Shown piece after piece: positions 11,621-24,026 of a stretch of 38,639 bases of DNA. Below the pieces are notes generated by a model that was not told where the DNA came from, did not search any database, and worked only from the letters and a program-made list of their open reading frames with translations. Source of the stretch: Malacoraja senta (lineage: Eukaryota). The position numbers and the translations under genes were made by a program. Position 1 is the first letter of the stretch. Every line of letters begins with the position of its first letter. Where the stretch lies: the NCBI GenBank assembly GCA_038087875.1, contig CM075992.1, forward strand, positions 186,001 through 224,639, written 5' to 3'.

Positions 11621-12721
11621 GAACATTGGAGGCAAAATAACATATATTGACATGTCATGTATCACAATATCAGTCTGGAGTGGCAGGTTACAACATGGGT
11701 AATAATCACCCTAGATATTGGGGACCAAAGGCCGTGATGTGGATGGGGTGTGAGAGAGGAGAACGGGATTAGAGCAGGGAATTTCAGAGTGGGGATTCAG
11801 CTGTGGAATTGGGGATTGAGTGTGAAGTGTGGGAGATAATGCTGTTGGAGAACTCTAACAGAGGCGGTGAGATGGTTACCCCTCCTATCCCTGGTCTAAC
11901 CGGGTCGGGTGGGGGGGGAAGATGATGGAGAGAGAACACAGATGTCAATGGAGATCTGGACTGTTCCAAAATTAATCAGATATGAGAAATAGACAATAAA
12001 CAACACACAATCCTTGCTGATTGATCAGAGGCAAACTCCCACGCAATACAACAACATTTCACACATTAATATTCATTTTTCTCCCAGCAGTTTATATTAA
12101 TCCACAAAAATAAAATCCTGTTGGTTGTTACCAGAATACTGGAGAAGGTTCAGTGTGTTAATGAAGATGGGGAACACACTGATTAATGGCGATAGAATGA
12201 TGACAGGTGTGTGCAGGCACAGGTTCCTTGTTGTTCCAGAGACTGAGATTTAGTCAGTGCGGTATCAGAGTGTTAGGAGCTGGACGTTCCCAGGTATCCC
12301 ACCTCCACCTTCAGCAAACAGTGGCTCGTTTTAGGCAACAACCCGTCTTCCCTTCCCCACTGCTGATGAACCCAAACTAGAGTTGTATCTCCTGCAGTCT
12401 CACCTCCATCTTTATGTCCCTCCCATTCCGCATATAGACAACCTCCAAAAAACGTAGCACTCCACAATTCTTGACTATTCCCTGTCCCCATTTCCCTCTG
12501 ATCCACCACTGGTGCTCTCGGTAGCTGGGACACAGGCTGGAAGCCCAAGGCTTCCTTCCTTTGACTGGAACCTTCTCTAACAGCTGACCGTAATCTCCTG
12601 ATAAATCCCCAGGACTGGATGAGACTTATCCCGGGCTGCTCTGGGAACCAAGGGAAGAGAATGCTGGGAACTGTCTGTGATTTTGAACTCTTCACTGCCT
12701 CACGGTACCAGATGAGTGGAG

Positions 12722-12818
12722 ATAGATACAAAGTGCTGAAGTAACTCAGTGGGAAAGGCAGCATCTCTGGAGAGAAAGAATGGGCGACGTTTCTGGCCGC
12801 GACCCTTCTTCACACTAA
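12722..12818 (-). mobile_element. Penelope-derived hammerhead element
   Basis: Minus strand GTGAAGAAGGGTCGCGGCCAGAAACGTC. Possible TSD AGTGGAG at 12715-12721 and 12819-12825. Confidence 0.75.
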
Positions 12819-12957
12819 AGTGGAGGGAGGCAAATATGGTCCCCTTTTCAAGATGACATGTCAACCCTAGTAATTACAGAGCTGTGCACACACCAGGGAG
12901 GATATTGGATGAGTTGGAACGGCAGGTGTGATCAGAGATGGCCAGCAGGGGCTCTGG

Positions 12958-13170
12958 TAAGGGCAAATCCTGTCTGACTTTGTGAAGAGGTTACAAAATG
13001 CATTGATGAAGGCAGTGGTAAAGATGTGGTTTACATGGACTTCAAGAATGCTTTGACAAAGTCCTACATGGAAGACATGTCCAGAAGGTCAGGGTCCATG
13101 CGATCAATGGCAAGTTGGTAAATTGGATCCAATATTGGGTGGGCAATAGGAGACCGAGGCTGATGGTAAA
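12958..13170 (+). mobile_element. Degraded CR1 reverse transcriptase fragment
   Basis: Relic of GKSCLT..DEG..DVVYMDFK.AFDKV with frameshifts. Confidence 0.7.
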
Positions 13171-13754
13171 CCTGGCATCTCCAACAATGCACGACACCCC
13201 TCTGACCAATCTGACTGGGAGTCTCAGTGTGGAAGATTACCATTCCTTCCCACTTCACTCATAACAATACTTCAAATCCAACCCAACACAATAGCTTAAG
13301 CAGAAAGAAGTGAAAGAATACAGACAGGAATCGTGCTGAAAGTGAAACTGTGGCGAGAGCGAATGATGAGACGGGCAGGAATCTGATGAGACAGGTGTGA
13401 AGGGATTAGTGGATTAATTCCACGCTCAGGCCTGCTAGTGTGTGAATACATTCATGGGATCAGCAACTTAAGTCGGGCGTGAAAAGGGCTTGATTCGGCA
13501 GAGTCACAGCCAAGGATGTAAGTACATGTCGAATTGCAGGAAGTTACTGCCAGCGGCCTCNNNNNNNNNNNNNNNNNNNNNNNNNNNNNNNNNNNNNNNN
13601 NNNNNNNNNNNNNNNNNNNNNNNNNNNNNNNNNNNNNNNNNNNNNNNNNNNNNNNNNNNNNNNNNNNNNNNNNNNNNNNNNNNNNNNNNNNNNNNNNNNN
13701 NNNNNNNNNNNNNNNNNNNNNNNNNNNNNNNNNNNNNNNNNNNNNNNNNNNNNN

Positions 13755-13820
13755 TCCCACACATACCCACACACATACCCACACACATACCCACACACAT
13801 ACCCACACACATACATCCAC
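13755..13820. repeat. (CACACATACCCA)n microsatellite next to N-run 13561-13754
   Basis: Directly visible in the sequence. Confidence 0.9.
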
Positions 13821-14593
13821 ATCTCAACTCTTCGCCTGTATCCAACCCCAGCACTTCCTTTGAGTCCACAAAGAATCAGACCGAGGACTGAACCACCAAT
13901 TCACAGGAACCACACACCTGCCCCAGACTTGTCACAGACAGTCAAATAGCACAGAAACAAGTGCCACCATCCATCTCTATACCAGCGCTTGCCCATTGGA
14001 CTGCACACACCCACTGATTAACCATGTGTGTTACTCCAACCTCCATTACCCTCAACTATCCCTCACCTACCTCTCCGACTTCACCGGCCTCCTACCACCC
14101 CTCTCTCTTTACAAAATCTGGTGCTGTGAGGCAGAAACTCTACCGCTGCGCCACCGTGCCACCCTGACGGATTCTTTTGCCGTTTAACCGCCTTAACCCG
14201 AGCTCTGCCTCACCATCTTTCTGTCACTGGAAACAGTTTATCAGTTATTCTCTCTGTAATGTTTTAAACATCCCCTTCATTCTCAGTCTCTCACAAACTT
14301 TGCACCCCACCCCACATGTCCCACATACCATTTGGGCTTTTACAACTGGCCACACTGAATGTTTCACGTTGGGCTCCAGGTGACCACTGGTGCACAGAAG
14401 GTCACCACAGCTTCAAGTTATAAAGTTCTGAATGATTGAGATGTCTGTTCCCAAGTGAATACAAAGTCCCTGTGCTTCCCTCACAATGTTGGTACTGCTG
14501 AATTGCCGTACAATTGCTAATCGGGATGGGATGGTGATACTCTACTGGGCTGTAAGACAAGAATTTCACTGTTCCTTTACACTTTGCACAATT

Positions 14594-16007
14594 ACAGACC
14601 AGTTAGTCTAACATCGGTAGTGGGGAAACTGCTAGAGTCAGTTATTAAAGATGGGATAGCAGCACATTTGGAAAGTGGTGCAATCATTGGACAAAGTCAG
14701 CAAGGTACGAAAGGTAAATCATGTCTGACGAATCTTATAGAATTTTTCGAGGATGTAACTAGTAGCGTGGATAGGGGAGAACCAGTGGATGTGGTGTATC
14801 TAGACTTCCAGAAGGCTTTCGACAAGGTCCCACATAAGAGATTAGTATACAAACTTAAAGCACACGGCACTGGGGGTTCAGTATTGATGTGGATAGAGAA
14901 CTGGCTGGCAAACAGGAAGCAAAGAGTAGGAGTAAACGGGTCCTTTTCACAATGGCAGGCAGTGACTAGTGGGGTACCGCAAGGCTCAGTGCTGGGACCC
15001 CAGCTATTTACAATATATATGAATGAACTGGATGAGGGAATTGAAGGCAATATCTCCAAGTTTGCGGATGACACTAAGCTGGGGGGCAGTGTTAGCTGTG
15101 AGGAGGATGCTAGGAGACTGCAAGGTGACTTGGATAGGCTGGGTGAGTGGGCAAATGTTTGGCAGATGCAGTATAATGTGGATAAATGTGAGGTTATCCA
15201 TTTTGGTGGCAAAAACAGGAAAGCAGACTATTATCTAAATGGTGGCCGACTAGGAAAAGGGGAGATGCAGCGAGACCTGGGTGTCATGGTACACCAGTCA
15301 TTGAAAGTAGGCATGCAGGTGCAGCAGGCAGTGAAGAAAGCGAATGGTATGTTAGCTTTCATAGCAAAAGGATTTGAGTATAGGAGCAGGGAGGTTCTAC
15401 TGCAGTTGTACAGGGTCTTGGTGAGACCACACCTGGAGTATTGCGTACAGTTTTGGTCTCCAAATCTGAGGAAGGACATTATTGCCATAGAGGGAGTGCA
15501 GAGAAGGTTCACCAGACTGATTCCTGGGATGTCAGGACTGTCTTATGAAGAAAGACTGGATAGACTTGGTTTATACTCTCTAGAATTTAGGAGATTGAGA
15601 GGGGATCTTATAGAAACTTACAAAATTCTTAAGGGGTTGGACAGGCTAGATGCAGGAAGATTGCTCCCGATGTTGGGGAAGTCCAGGACAAGGGGTCACA
15701 GCTTAAGGATAAGGGGGAAATCCTTTAAAACCGAGATGAGAAGAACTTTTTTCACACAGAGAGTGGTGAATCTCTGGAACTCTCTGCCACAGAGGGTAGT
15801 CGAGGCCAGTTCATTGGCTATATTTAAGAGGGAGTTAGATGTGGCCCTTGTGGCTAAAGGGATCAGAGGGTATGGAGAGAAGGCAGGTTCGGGATACTGA
15901 GTTGGATGATCAGCCATGATCATATTGAATGGCGGTGCAGGCTCGAAGGGCCGAATGGCCTACTCCTGCACCTAATTTCTATGTTTCTATGTTTCTATGT
16001 TTCTATG
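14594..16007 (+). mobile_element. Young 5'-truncated CR1-clade LINE (RT domain, 3' UTR, (TTTCTATG)4 tail)
   Basis: Uninterrupted reading frame 14584-15900 with NYRPVSLTS, YLDFQKAFDKV, GVPQGSVLGP and FADD, plus an octamer tail. Probable TSD TGCAC(A/G)ATT at 14585-14593 and 16006-16014. Confidence 0.95.
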
Positions 16008-16959
16008 CACGATTGAACCATTCAATATTTCCAGCTAATTCTGTTTTTTTATTACAGATTTTCAACAGCCGCAGTATTTTGCTTTCAGACCTTTGATTAG
16101 AATCATTTTCCAGATGTTGGTCTACTTGCAGTTTTGTTTTACCTTGCAGTGTAAGTGAATAACAGGATTATGGCATGTGTTTACTGGGATTAACAGTTTA
16201 GACAGGATTTCAGATGCATTAAACTTTAATCCAGCTACACACACATACTGGTGAATGCCGCTGTCTGCTCGATGCAGATAGAGACAGGGTCATCTCAGAG
16301 CCCAGGGCACTGGTCAGCAAGGCACCGCTCACACCATGACCAAACAGGGAATGGTGGAAGGACTCTGGGAGCTGACAATGGCTCGATGGACCGAATTGCC
16401 TCCTCTTGTGTTGTAGGAACAAGCGAGAGATCATGGAAGCAAGTTTATTAAACCTCCATCATGTAAAAGTCCAGTGTCTGCATTACTCTAACTACAACCA
16501 CATGCATTTCCCAGAATTAAGTCGCTCTATTATTGACGGGCAAGCCATCAGCTGCTGAAGCCCCAAACTCTGGTATAGACTCGGTAAAACTCATTGCATC
16601 TCCCTCACCCTGTCCTACCCTCACCTAAAGGTGGTCTCACTAACTGGGCCCAGAGTGAGGGGTCATAGTTGTCCCATAGACCAAAGAAAATCATCTCATT
16701 CTTCAATCTGTTCAATGTTTCAAACCCCACACATCCCTGACCTCATCAAGACCATGTGGGTGACTCAAGAGTCAAGATATTTTATTGTCATATGTCCCAG
16801 AGAGAACAATCCTCATTCTGAACAAAGCTCTCTGACCCCTACATTTCCTCACAAGCAAAAAGTAGAAACCTTGATAGACAACTCCCCTCAGAACGCCATT
16901 CAGTTAAAAAAAGATAACTCATTCTTCCAAACACCAGCAAATGTAGGCTTAAGCTGCAC

Positions 16960-17033
16960 AGCTGGCTGGATAGCACGCAACAAAAGCTTTTCATTACCTC
17001 GGTATACAGGACAATAAACTCAACTCAACTGAA
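16960..17033 (+). mobile_element. Rex1-type 3' tail fragment
   Basis: GCTGGCTGGATAGCACGCAACAAAAGCTTTTCA matches ~2443-2475. Confidence 0.7.
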
Positions 17034-17071
17034 TAAGATATTCCACATTTTCTGTTCTATGTCAGATGGGT

Positions 17072-17175
17072 TACTGATTGTGGATAATCAGCCATGATCA
17101 CAATGAATGACGGTGCTGGCTCGAAGGGCCAAATGGCCTCCTCCTGCAACTATTTTCTGTTTCTTTGTTTCTGTT
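17072..17175 (+). mobile_element. CR1 3' UTR fragment
   Basis: ATCAGCCATGATC..GGCTCGAAGGGCC matches 15909-15960. Confidence 0.8.
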
Positions 17176-17334
17176 CGATTGAATGCTGCTCATTACGTGT
17201 GGGGTAAGAATGGGGTAACTTTGCAGACTTCCAGCATCTGCAGTTATTTTTTATTTCCGAGAACAATCTGACCACAGAGAGAGGCCAGAGGTGATTGTTC
17301 ACCCATCAACTCTCCGGGAATCCATGTGCAAGAG

Positions 17335-18072
17335 GTGGGAGGGGGGAGAAAGGGACAGGGGGGAGAGGGACAGAGGGGGGAGAGGGACAGAGGGGGGGAG
17401 AGGGACGGGAGGGGGAGAGGGACAGAGGGGGAGAGGGACAGAGGGGGGAGAGGGACAGGGGGGTGAGGGACAGAGGGGGGGAGAGAGACGGGGGGGAGAG
17501 GGACAGAGGGGGGAGAGGGACGGGGGGGGAGAGGGACAGAGGGGGGAGAGGGACAGGGGGGGAGAGGGACAGAGGGGGAGGGACAGAGGGGGGAGAGTGA
17601 CGGGGGGGGGAGAGGGACAGAGGGGGGAGAGGGACAGAGGGGGGAGAGGGACAGGGGGGGAGAGGGACAGAGGGGGAGAGGGACAGAGGGGGGAGAGGGA
17701 CAGAGGGGGGAGAGGGACGGGGGGGGAGAGGGACAGAGGGGGAGAGGGACAGAGGGGGGAGGGACAGATGGGGGGAGAGGGACGGGGGGGAGATGGACAG
17801 AGGGGGGAGGGACAGAGGGGGGAGAGGGACAGAGGGTGGAGAGGGACAGAGGGACAGATGGGGAAGAGGGACAGAGGGGGGAGAGGGACGGGGGGAGAGG
17901 GACAGATGGGGGAGAGGGACAGGGGGGGAGAGGGACAGAGGGGGAAGAGGGACAGAGGAAGGGGGGAGAAAGGGACAGGGGGGGAGAGGGACGGGGGGGG
18001 GGGAGAGGGACAGGGGGGGGAGAGGGACAGAGGGGGGAGAGGGACAGAGGAAGGGGGAGAAAGGGACAGAGG
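17335..18072. repeat. G/purine-rich ~16-18-bp satellite (GGGACAGAGGGGGGAGA)
   Basis: About 40 units with variable G-run length. Confidence 0.95.
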
Positions 18073-19174
18073 AAAACACTATGAATGCCTGTGTTCATGT
18101 GAGGCTAGGGAAGAAATTTCAATCGGAGATTAAATAAATCTGGAATAAATATTTAGTATTAGCGACAACACCATAAAATTCCACCTGGTTCACTGAGGGG
18201 TTTAATAAGCTGTCCTTCCCTGGGGTGGTATGTTGCCAAGCCCAGCCTCAGGAGTTGTGGTGCCAAGGATGGCTGAACTGGCTGTGGTGTCTCCTGCTAC
18301 AGAAGAGACTGCACTAAAACTCAAACTAAAACTACCGCATTGGTGATAAATCACTTTGTACGTTTGGAGGTTGTGTAAAGGTAATAATATGCAAGCACGT
18401 CTTTCTTTAGAAACTATCCTGAGCAACACCGATTGGAAGGAGCCAGGTCCTGCTTTCCCGCTCCCATCTGATACCTCTGTGTGCATGGAACCAGGAGATC
18501 AAACCTCTTCAGCTGCTCGACCAGAACAATATCAAGCTGCACTCTCTCCATTTAACTCTTCACTCCCTTCTTCAACCTGATAGGAAAACCCAACTATTTA
18601 TGTCTGCATTCAATCAACGAACCACTAAAATTCTCCTCAAATCCTACTTGTCATAATTCAGTCGCCAGTTGTGGACATTTAAATGTAAGCATTTATTTCA
18701 ATACAAGAGCAGTATTTATTACACATCTGTATTGTGTAAAGGAGATTAAGGCTTACTCATATTGATAGGTCTAAAGTAAGACACGAGGCAGACAGGATGT
18801 TGGATTATAAACTGATGAGACTTTAAACAACATCGTGATGGTTTTATAATTGCTATTCCTGAGGCTGGCTATTTTCCCAAATTCCAAATCCAATGCCTTG
18901 CCTGAACTTAAGATTCAAAGTCACATCTTTGGATTTGCTGGATATTTGTCCAACAACACGTTACTGAAGGGTGAACCATCCACCCCAAGACCACAGGCAC
19001 TCAGCGCCAGTCAACCAGCTGTGATCAACCTCCCACATTTGTAGAACATTGGAGAGGTTGTGATATGGCAGCAGTACCTGGGCAGGGGATGGATAAATCA
19101 CCTTTACAGTCCAGTCACTACCATGCCAAAACCAACGTGCACAACCTCTCCGTAACAGTAGTGAGATAAGCAAT

Positions 19175-22037
19175 GTTTAAGAAGGAACTGCAGATGCTGG
19201 AAAATCGAAGGTAGACAAAATTACTGGAGAAACTCAGCGGGTGCAGCAGCATCTATGGAGCGAAGGAAATAACCATATAACCATTACAGCACGGAAACAG
19301 GCCATCTCGGCCCTTCAAGTCCGTACCGAACATTAAAAAAAAATATTTTTTTAAAATAAATACTTCCCCCTAGTCCCATCTACCTGCCCTCAAACCATAA
19401 CCCTCCATTCCTTTCCCGTCCATATACCCATCCAATCTATTTTTAAAGGATAAAATCGAACCAGCCTCCACCACTTCCACTGGAAGCTCATTCCACACAG
19501 CTACCACTCTCTGAGTAAAGATGTTCCCCCTAATGTTACCCCTAAACTTCTGTCCCTTAATTCTCAAGTCATGTCCCCTTGTTTGAATCTTCCCTACTCT
19601 CAATGGAAAAAGCTTATCCACATCAACTCTGTCTAACCTGCTCATAATTTTAAAGACCTCTATCAAGTCCCCTCTTAACCTTCTGTGCTCCAAAGAATAA
19701 AGACCTAACTTGTTCAACCTTTCTCTGTAACTTAGTTGCTGAAACCCAGGCAACATTCTAGTAATTCTCCTCTGTACTCTCTCTATTTTGTTGACATTCT
19801 TCCTATAATTAGGCGACCAATATTGTACTCCATACTCCAGAATTGGCCTCACCAATGCCTTGTACAATTTTAACATTACATCCCAACTTCTATATTCAAT
19901 GCTCTGATTTATAAAGGCCAGCACCCCAAAAGCTTTCTTTACCACCCTATCTACATGAGATTCCATCTTCAGGGAACTATGCACAGTTATTCCTAGATCC
20001 CTCTGTTCAACTGCATTCCTCAATTCTCTACCGTTTACCATGTACGTCCTATTTTGATTTGTCCTGCCGAGATGTAGTACCTCACATTTATCAGCATTAA
20101 ACTCCATCTGCCATCTTTCAGCCCACTCTTCCAAATGGCCTAAATCTCTCTGTAGACTTTGAAAATCTACTTCATTATCCACCACACCACCTATCTTAGT
20201 ATCATCTGCATACTTACTAATCCAATTTTCCACACCATCATCCAGATCATTGATGTACATGACAAACAACAGTGGACCCAACACAGACCCCTGAGGCACC
20301 CCACTAGTCACCGGCCTCCAACCTGACAAACAGCCATCCACCATTACTCTCTGGCATCTCCCATTCAGCCACTGTTGAATCCATCTTGCTACTCCACCAT
20401 TAATACCCAACAATTGAATCTTCTTAACCAACCTTTCATGAGGAACCTTGTCAAAGGCCTTACTGAAGTCCATATAGACAACATCCACTGCTTTACCCTC
20501 ATCAATTTCCCTAGTAACCTCTTCGAAAAATTCTAGAAGATTAGTCAAACATGACCTTCCAGGCACAAATCCATGTTGACTGTTCCTAATCAGACCCTGC
20601 TTATCCAGATGCTTATATATATTATCTTTAAGTATCCTTTCCATTAATTTGCCCACCACTGATGTCAAACTAACAGGTTTATAATTGCTAGGTATACTCT
20701 TAGAACCCTTTTTAAACAACGGAACAACATGCGCAGTACGCCAATCCTCCGGCACTATTCCCGTTTCTAATGACATTTGAAATATTTCTGTCATAGCCCC
20801 TGCTATTTCTACACTAACTTCCCTCAATGTCCTCGGGAATATCCTGTCAGGACCTGGAGACTTATCCGTTTTCATATTTTTCAAAAGTGTCCGCACCTCC
20901 TCTTCTTTGAATCTCATTGCTACTCTGCTTGTTTCCCTTACCTCACATAATTCCATATCCTTCTCCTTGGTGAATACCGAAGAAAAGAAATAGTTCAATA
21001 TCTCCCCCATCTCTTTTGGCTCTGCAGATAGCTGTCCACTCTGACTCTCTAATGGACCAATTTTATTCCTTGTTATCCTTTTGCTATTAATATAGCTGTA
21101 GAAACCCTTTGGATTTACTTTCACCTTACTTGCCAAAGCAACCTCATATCTTCTTTTAGCTTTTCTAATTTCTTTCTTAATATTCTTTTAACATTCTTTA
21201 TACTCCTCAAGCACCTCATTTACTCCATGCTGCCTATAATTATTGTAGATCTCTCTCTTTTTCCAAACCAAGTGTCCAATTTCCCTTGAAAACCATGGCT
21301 CTTTCCAATTTTTACTATTTCCTTTCAACCGAACAGGGACATAAAGATTCTGTACTCTTAAAATTTCACCTTTAAATGTCCTCCATTTCTCTTCTACATC
21401 CTTCCCATAAAACAACATGTCCCAATTCACTCCTTTTAAATCCTTTCGCATCTCCTCAAAGTTAGCCTTTCTCCAATCAAAAATCTCAACCTTAGGTCCA
21501 GTTCTGACCCTCTCCATAATTATATTGAAACTAATGGTATTGTGATCACTGGACCCGAAGTGCTCCCCGACGCATACCTCCGCCACCTGCCCTGTCTCAT
21601 TTCCTAACAGGAGGTCCATCACTGCCCCTTCTCTAGTAGGTACCTCTATGTATTGCTGCAAAAAACTATCCTGCACACATTTTACAAACTCCAAACCATC
21701 CAGCCCTTTTACAGAATGTGTTTCCCAGTCTATGTGTGGAAAATTGAAATCTCCCACAATCACTACCTTGTGCTTACTGCTAATATCTGCTATCTCCTTA
21801 CATATTTGCTCTTCCAATTCTCGCTCCCCATTTGGCATTCTATAAAACACCCCTATAAGTGTTGCTACACCTTTCCCATTTCTCAGCTCCACCCAAATAG
21901 CCTCCCTAGACGAGCCCTCTAATCTATCCTGCCAAAGCACTGCTGTAATATCTTCCTTGACAAGCAATGCAACACCCCCACCTCTTGCCCCGAAATAGGC
22001 AACATTTCGGGTCAAAACCCTTCTTCAGTCTACCTAA
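19175..22037 (-). mobile_element. Penelope-derived hammerhead element split by a CR1 insertion (pieces 19175-19271 and 21992-22037)
   Basis: The two pieces join into one element. Motif CTGAAGAAGGGTTTTGACCCGAAATGTT lies at 22028-22001. 13-bp TSD TGAGATAAGCAAT at 19162-19174 and 22038-22050. Confidence 0.9.
19272..21991 (-). mobile_element. 5'-truncated CR1-clade LINE (partial APE endonuclease plus RT; one in-frame nonsense codon)
   Basis: ORFs 21188-22015 (GDFNFP, SDHN) and 19370-21136 (YMDFSKAFDKV, GVPQGSVLGP, YADD) are in the same frame, separated by TAA at 21190-21188. TSD GAAATA at 19266-19271 and 21992-21997. Confidence 0.95.
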
Positions 22038-22204
22038 TGAGATAAGCAATCTTTGCAATGCAGATGGATGAAGTCTGAACATTGTCTAAGAAATATCCCC
22101 TCCCAGTAAACTCACAGCATGCCCATGAGCCAGTTTTCATTGGTGGGTTGTCAGTGAAGAGTCAATGGCTTCCAATTTCTGGCCATTGGCATCTGGGATG
22201 AAAT

Positions 22205-22510
22205 GTATCGGAAATAACTGCAGATGCTGGTTTAAATCAAAGGTAGACACAAACTGCTGGAGTAACTCAGCGGGACAGGCAGCATCTCTGGAGAGAAGGA
22301 ATGTGTGACGTTTCAGGTCTAGACATGTCTTCAGACTGATGTCAGGGGAATGGGCGGGACAGAGACAGTAAGACTGGTGGGAGAACTGGGAAGGGGGAGG
22401 GGATCGAGAGAGGGAAAGCAAGGGCAATTTGAAGTTAGAGAAGTCAATCTTCATACCGCAGGGGTGTAAGCTACCCAAGCGAAACATGAGGTGCTGTTCC
22501 TCCAGTTTGC
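22205..22510 (-). mobile_element. Penelope-like element 3' fragment (GIY-YIG C-terminus plus hammerhead-bearing terminal region), copy 1
   Basis: KLEEQHLMFRLGSLHPCGMKIDFS resembles the end of the PLE GIY-YIG domain; hammerhead-like core at 22334-22307. Confidence 0.8.
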
Positions 22511-23813
22511 TAGGTATACTCTTAGAACCCTTTTTAAACAACGGAACAACATGCGCAGTACGCCAATCCTCCGGCACTATTCCCGTTTCTAATGACATTT
22601 GAAATATTTCTGTCATAGCCCCTGCTATTTCTACACTAACTTCCCTCAATGTCCTCGGGAATATCCTGTCAGGACCTGGAGACTTATCCGTTTTCATATT
22701 TTTCAAAAGTGTCCGCACCTCCTCTTCTTTGAATCTCATTGCTACTCTGCTTGTTTCCCTTACCTCACATAATTCCATATCCTTCTCCTTGGTGAATACC
22801 GAAGAAAAGAAATAGTTCAATATCTCCCCCATCTCTTTTGGCTCTGCAGATAGCTGTCCACTCTGACTCTCTAATGGACCAATTTTATTCCTTGTTATCC
22901 TTTTGCTATTAATATAGCTGTAGAAACCCTTTGGATTTACTTTCACCTTACTTGCCAAAGCAACCTCATATCTTCTTTTAGCTTTTCTAATTTCTTTCTT
23001 AATATTCTTTTAACATTCTTTATACTCCTCAAGCACCTCATTTACTCCATGCTGCCTATAATTATTGTAGATCTCTCTCTTTTTCCAAACCAAGTGTCCA
23101 ATTTCCCTTGAAAACCATGGCTCTTTCCAATTTTTACTATTTCCTTTCAACCGAACAGGGACATAAAGATTCTGTACTCTTAAAATTTCACCTTTAAATG
23201 TCCTCCATTTCTCTTCTACATCCTTCCCATAAAACAACATGTCCCAATTCACTCCTTTTAAATCCTTTCGCATCTCCTCAAAGTTAGCCTTTCTCCAATC
23301 AAAAATCTCAACCTTAGGTCCAGTTCTGACCCTCTCCATAATTATATTGAAACTAATGGTATTGTGATCACTGGACCCGAAGTGCTCCCCGACGCATACC
23401 TCCGCCACCTGCCCTGTCTCATTTCCTAACAGGAGGTCCATCACTGCCCCTTCTCTAGTAGGTACCTCTATGTATTGCTGCAAAAAACTATCCTGCACAC
23501 ATTTTACAAACTCCAAACCATCCAGCCCTTTTACAGAATGTGTTTCCCAGTCTATGTGTGGAAAATTGAAATCTCCCACAATCACTACCTTGTGCTTACT
23601 GCTAATATCTGCTATCTCCTTACATATTTGCTCTTCCAATTCTCGCTCCCCATTTGGCATTCTATAAAACACCCCTATAAGTGTTGCTACACCTTTCCCA
23701 TTTCTCAGCTCCACCCAAATAGCCTCCCTAGACGAGCCCTCTAATCTATCCTGCCAAAGCACTGCTGTAATATCTTCCTTGACAAGCAATGCAACACCCC
23801 CACCTCTTGCCCC
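22507..23813 (-). mobile_element. Duplicated CR1 segment (endonuclease and linker, lacking the RT core)
   Basis: Copy of 20685-21991, including the same TAA. Confidence 0.95.
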
Positions 23814-24026
23814 GAAATAGGCAACATTTCGGGTCAAAACCCTTCTTCAGTCTACCTAATGAGATAAGCAATCTTTGCAATGCAGATGGATGAAGTCTGA
23901 ACATTGTCTAAGAAATATCCCCTCCCAGTAAACTCACAGCATGCCCATGAGCCAGTTTTCATTGGTGGGTTGTCAGTGAAGAGTCAATGGCTTCCAATTT
24001 CTGGCCATTGGCATCTGGGATGAAAT

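Noticed and set aside
12273-12764. 163-aa minus-strand ORF
   Set aside because: It starts inside a repeat and has no recognisable domain or clear splice sites.
17244-18137. Pro-rich and Gly/Arg/Glu-rich ORFs (extensin- or collagen-like)
   Set aside because: They are translations of the G-rich satellite.
19370-22015. Novel or domesticated reverse transcriptase system, or programmed stop read-through
   Set aside because: This is an ordinary 5'-truncated CR1 with tail and TSD. The TAA is most simply a point mutation (e.g. from AAA).
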